The translations under genes and the position numbers were made by a program. A stretch of 18,239 bases of DNA from Candidatus Bathyarchaeota archaeon (GTDB lineage Archaea > Thermoproteota > Bathyarchaeia > 40CM-2-53-6), in assembly GCA_963706285.1 (NCBI GenBank), contig CAVPLU010000001.1, positions 1-18,239 of the forward strand, read 5' to 3'. The notes beneath the pieces were generated by a model, which had not been told where the DNA came from, ran no database searches, and worked only from the letters and a program-made list of their open reading frames with translations. Below, one piece after another: positions 16,708 to 18,239 of the stretch. Each line of letters begins with the position of its first letter. Within the stretch, counting starts at the first letter, position 1.

Positions 16708-18128
16708 TTACTTCCTCCTGCGTATTTCTTTCACAACTTCGCCTTCAGTGTCTCTGATCTCGACAACGAGTGAATCATCTAGGTGTGTTGAACATGAGAT
16801 GCATGGATCGTATGCTCTGATGGCTAGGCCCACCTCGTGCCAAAGTCGATCTTCGTCGATGTTGCCTTTGGATATCGACCTTTGGGCAACGGCCTTCATT
16901 GACAGATCGATAGGATAGGAGTTTGTGGTTGTCGGCACGATGAGATTTGCCTTGGTGATGTATCCGTTCTGATCCCATGCGTAGTGATGTATGAGTAGGC
17001 CACGCGGAGCTTCAACAGTGCTGATACCTTCTCCCTCCTTGATCTTCCATGGGGTCTTGGTGTTTGAGTCTGTGATCCCGGGCTTTGCAGTAGCTGTTCA
17101 GCACGTTCAACCGCGAACGCCAAGCACACGTATCTGGCCAGATGATACGACATTGTCAGGTTAGAGGGAGCGCCGAATTTCGTCTTGAATTCTCTCACGA
17201 GAGAGTTGGCGAAGTCTGTCGAAGCGCCTCTTGACACGTTCACCCGCGAAAGTGCGCCAACTCTCAAGATACCTTCTGTCATGCCTTGAGATCTAAGAAA
17301 GACACGCTTAGCGTAGGAGTAGTCTACGGTTCTCTCAAGAAGATTGCTCAGATATTCGCTTGGACCAAATTCCGTCATGATCCTGTCGGATTCGTTGACG
17401 ACTCTGCATTTGCCGTCGTACAATTCGAGGTGGTCATTCTTGATTAAACCCAGGTAGTTTGTCTTGAGGAAAGCCAGATCTTTGTAGGACTCCACTGACT
17501 TCTCCAGTATCGGCGTGACTATCGTATCATACCATCCGAAGATTCTCTTCTTCACATCCTGAACACGCGTCAGGAGCTTGTCTGCATCCGATCTGGAGAG
17601 ACTCCTGTTGATCCCACCCGGGATTGCAGTCATCGGATGCGTGGATTGAACGCCTAGGAGGGATATGATCTCCTGCCCGACCGATCGTACCTTAACAACT
17701 TCCTTAACAACTTCTGGGAACTTCTTGTAGAGTTCGAATATGCCGCGACTGGATTCTGGAAGTTCTGAAAGGAGAATGTCGGGACCAGCGAGCACAAATA
17801 TGTGGAGAGTATGATCTCCGATGAACTCTCCCAGTAGCATAAGTTCTCTGAGCTTGGCCGCGGCTGGCGGAATCTCGATGCCCAGACCTAGATCGAGCGC
17901 CTTTGCCGATGCCAAGTGGTGAGGAACAGGACAGACGCCGCAGATCCTTGTCGTTATGATCGGTGCCTTGTAGAGGAGCCTCCCAACAAGGAACTTCTCG
18001 AATCCTCTGAATTCAAGTATGTTAGCGTGAGCTTCCTCAACTTCTCCGTCTTGATCTAGACCTACAGAGACTTTCAGACAACCCTCGATGCGGGCGATCG
18101 GCCCTACATCCACCACTCTTCGGCTCAT
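16708..18128 (-). CDS. [NiFe]-hydrogenase large subunit, group 3c/3d-like (MvhA/HoxH-like), split by a one-base deletion near 17080
   Basis: RIEG, FRGFEKFL.GR, L1 motif RICGVCPVPHH, HTLHIFVLAGPD and HP..AIPGG. After the shift at CCCGGG (17077-17082) it reads EGEGISTVEAPRGLLIHHY..ANLIVPTTTN and L2 motif RAYDPCISCSTH plus a 24-aa cleavable extension. The ATG at 18128 gives about 473 aa when repaired. Confidence 0.93.
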
Positions 18129-18239
18129 CTGGCTCGCCCTCTCGGAGTGAAGTTGTTCAGCACCGCCTCGAGTCCGCTTCGAACAACCGTCAAAGGCGGC
18201 GGGACAACCAGGAATCACAAAATCAACCTTCACATACTC
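18125..18239 (-). CDS. [NiFe]-hydrogenase small subunit, C-terminal end (partial; short HoxY-like)
   Basis: EYVKVDFVIPGCP. Removing one base in the run at 18201-18203 gives GCPPPLTVVRSGLEAVLNNFTPRGRAR*, whose TGA overlaps the large-subunit ATG (ATGA). Confidence 0.8.

Noticed and set aside
16790-16810. Possible [NiFeSe] hydrogenase (selenocysteine in the L2 motif)
   Set aside because: L2 reads DPCISC with ordinary Cys codons and there is no in-frame TGA.
16896-18233. Natural small/large hydrogenase subunit fusion suggested by the ORF track
   Set aside because: A single extra base explains it. The corrected frame restores GCPP and a stop overlapping the large-subunit ATG.
6487-18239. Programmed ribosomal frameshifting at the four shift sites
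   Set aside because: The shifts go in both directions, affect unrelated gene families, and show no slippery heptamer or shared signal.

Overview
Archaeal genomic window. Multi-intron tRNAs with bulge-helix-bulge (BHB) motifs and a C1:G72 tRNA-Tyr point to a TACK-type archaeon; Bathyarchaeia is plausible but is only my inference. The window has two tRNA genes that the ORF track does not show: tRNA-Tyr(GUA) at 1-149 with two introns, and tRNA-Arg(UCG) at 14034-14186 with three introns, one in the D-loop. Protein genes include an Lrp/AsnC regulator divergent from argH, a divergent pair of AMP-forming acyl-CoA synthetases, a class V PLP enzyme, a stand-alone RelA/SpoT-type HD hydrolase, a DHA2 MFS transporter, an isochorismatase-family protein, an RDD/zinc-ribbon protein and a disrupted CxxCxxCC (YkgJ-like) gene. 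The right end holds an unusual [NiFe]-hydrogenase operon on the minus strand. A short HoxY-like small subunit and a group 3c/3d-like large subunit are followed by a Tat-signal HybA-like 4x[4Fe-4S] protein, a NarI-like cytochrome b fused to an HdrC-like dicluster domain, and a maturation protease. Four single-base frameshifts in otherwise intact genes suggest sequencing indel errors.
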